NCBI RefSeq assembly: GCF_009914755.1
Contig: NC_060938.1
Strand: one strand, 5' to 3'
From: the human T2T-CHM13v2.0 reference genome, Homo sapiens
Length of the DNA: 64,000 nt
The translations under genes were made by a program, and so were the position numbers. The notes beneath the pieces are model-generated. The model did not search any database. It was not told the DNA's origin and was given only the letters and a program-made list of their open reading frames with translations. Below, piece by piece: positions 61,607-64,000 of this stretch. Position 1 is the first letter of the stretch, and each line of letters starts with the position of its first letter.

Positions 61607-64000
61607 CTTCGTGGATGTATCTATCTTTGGTCTTTGATGTTGGTGACCTTTGGATGGGGTTTCTGTGTGGACGTCCTTTTTGTTGATGTTGATGCTATTC
61701 CTTTCTGTTTGTTAGTTTTCCTTCTAACAGTCAAGCCTCTCTGTTGCAGGTCTGCTGGAGTTTGCTGGAGGTCCACTCCAGACCCTGTTTGCCTGGGTAT
61801 CACCAGCAGAGGCTGCAGAACAGCAAAGATTGCTGCCTGTTTATTCCTCTGGAAGCTTCGTCCCAGAGGGGCACCCACCAGATGCCAGGCGGAGCTCTCC
61901 TGTATGAGGTGTCTGTCAACCCCTGCTTGGAGGTGTCTCCCTATCAGGTGGCACAGGGATCAGCGACCCACTTGAGGAGGCAGTCTGTCCCTTAGCAGAG
62001 TTCAAGTGCTGTGCTGGGAGATCTGCTGCTCTCTTCAGAGCCGGCAGGCAGGAATGTTTAAGTCTGCTGAAACTGTGCCCACAGCCGCCCCTTCCCTCAG
62101 CTGCTCTGTTCCAAGGAAGACAGGAGTTTTATGTATGAGCCCCTGACTGGGGCTGCTGCCTTTCTTTCAGAGATGCCCTACCCAGAGAGGAGGACTCTAG
62201 AGAGGCAGTCTGGCTATAGCGGCTTTGCCGAGCTGTGGTGGACTCAGCCGAGTTCAAACTTCCCAGTGGCTTTGTTTACACTGTGAGGGGAAAACCGCCT
62301 ACTCAAGCCTCAGTAATGGTGAATGCCCCTCCCCCCATCAAGCTCGAGTATCCCAGGTCAACTTCAGACTGCTGTGCAGGCAGAGAGAATTTCAAGCCAG
62401 TGGATCTTAGCTTGCTGAGCTCTGTGGGGTGGGATCTGCTGAGCTAGACCACTTGGCTCCCTGGCTTTAGCCCCCTTTCCAGGGGAGTGAACTGTTCTGT
62501 CTCACTGGCATTCCAGGCACCACTGGGGTATGAAAAAAAAAAACTCCTGCAGCTAGCTCGGTGACTGCCTGACCAGTTGCCCAGTTTTGTGCTTGAAACC
62601 CAGGGCCCTGGTGGCATAGGCACCTGAAGGAATCTCCTGGTATACAGGTTGTGAAGACCATGGGAAAAGCATAGTATCTGGGCCAGAATGCATTGTCCCT
62701 CAGGGCACATTCCCTCACGGCTTCCCTTGGCTAGGGGAGGGAGTTCCCTGACCCTTTGCACTTCCCAGGTGAGGCGATGCCCCACCCTGCTTTGGCTTGC
62801 CATCTGTGGGCTACACTTACTGTCTAACCAGTCCCAATGAGATGAGCTGGTACCTCAGTTGGAAATGCAGAAATCACCCGCCTTCTCCCTTGATCTTGCT
62901 GGGAGCTACAGGCTGGAGCTGTTCTTATTTGGCGATCTTGCCCACAGCTCCCTTGCTTTCCTCTTTACTAGCATGTTGTCACATACAGATTTTAAGAACA
63001 CTTTTGGTAGATGTGATCCAAGAGTAACTCAGAAGAGCATCTGTGGCATCCATTCTTCCCTTTGGTAATTTTTAAGAAAAATAATGCTGCTGCTTCTCTC
63101 TTTGTAAATGGTGACGGCTTTCTCCACTACATCCTGTATTCTCTCTGCATTTTTGCCTTCTTGATAGCATTAGCAATTCTCAGAACAGATAATAACCTAG
63201 AAATCCAGGTTTGATTAGTAAGTGATATTTCTAAAAAGTGCTTGCAAACCTCCTTTTATGGACCAGGGATATTAACAGAAACTGTTTTACAGTTCTTCCT
63301 TTCCAGGGACAAAACTGATCTCATAATCTGTGACCATTATTCCAAAGTGAGAATCCATCAGGCTCTGCATGTGGCTGTGAGAATGAACTTCCTATCCAGA
63401 GTGAGATCCATTAGGGAAAGCCAGCCCCTCCATGGGGCAGATGATGTCAGGAAGTGGTGGCTGGGTATCATCATAGCCATCATTTTGCCTCGCTAAATAA
63501 GGCATCAAAAGGGGACAGAACACATCTCCCTTTGGGGGCAGTTGTCCTGGGTCCCTTATATGTGGGCAAACCCCTCTTCACTCATTCCTCTGGGACTGGG
63601 AGTGAGCGTGCTTGTGACAGCTGTCTAGATGAACCTCTAAGCCGAAAGGGTACAGACATTGTTAAATGTCACACAGCCTTGCCTTAAATGAAGACCAAAT
63701 GTTGCCTCAAACAACCTCTGTGCCTGATAGCCTGAAACCTGTGTCTCATCATTTTTTAAAGAGTCTACATAGGCCTAGAACAGAAAATGGAGCTTTTCCT
63801 ATTTTTCAGCAAGACTTTAAAAGCATCCCTATGACAAGGATGGAAAAGAAAAAGCTGACTGCTTCTCCGTGCTTGTAAGAAGGTAAACTCTGTAGGGGAG
63901 ACATGGCATGTTTTGTTCAGCTGGCACATGTCAGTATGACTACGACAATTGGTAAAATGCTGAAATACTTCCAGACCAATTAACACTCACTGTGCTGAGC

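Overview
Primate (human-like) non-coding genomic DNA. By eye, roughly two-thirds is interspersed repeats: about 25 Alu/FAM elements, a near-full-length decayed L1MC1-like LINE (~4.06-12.54 kb, +), a full-length but inactivated L1PA7-like LINE (56.46-62.95 kb, -), several older L1M/L1PA fragments, many MaLR solo LTRs (MLT1, MST, THE1), an ERV1 LTR8-type fragment, hAT/mariner MITEs (Charlie4a, MER5, MER58, MADE1/2), L2/MIR relics and microsatellites. I find no supportable host protein-coding exon, RNA gene or CpG island; the ORF track is explained by Alu, L1 and simple-repeat frames and chance. I cannot support a new gene-encoded biological system. The unusual signal is structural: a cluster of old local templated copies and fold-back inversions. 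These are a three-copy L1 junction patchwork at 31.8-35.1 kb, a ~300-bp inverted duplication at 35.2/36.4 kb, a ~318-bp local copy inserted in an Alu at 26.7 kb, two hairpins at 26.0-26.4 kb and a fold-back at 6.1-6.4 kb. One Alu also has target-site duplications enclosing an extra AATAAA/poly(A) segment. Repeat subfamily names come from recalled consensus motifs and boundaries are approximate; RepeatMasker/Dfam should confirm them.
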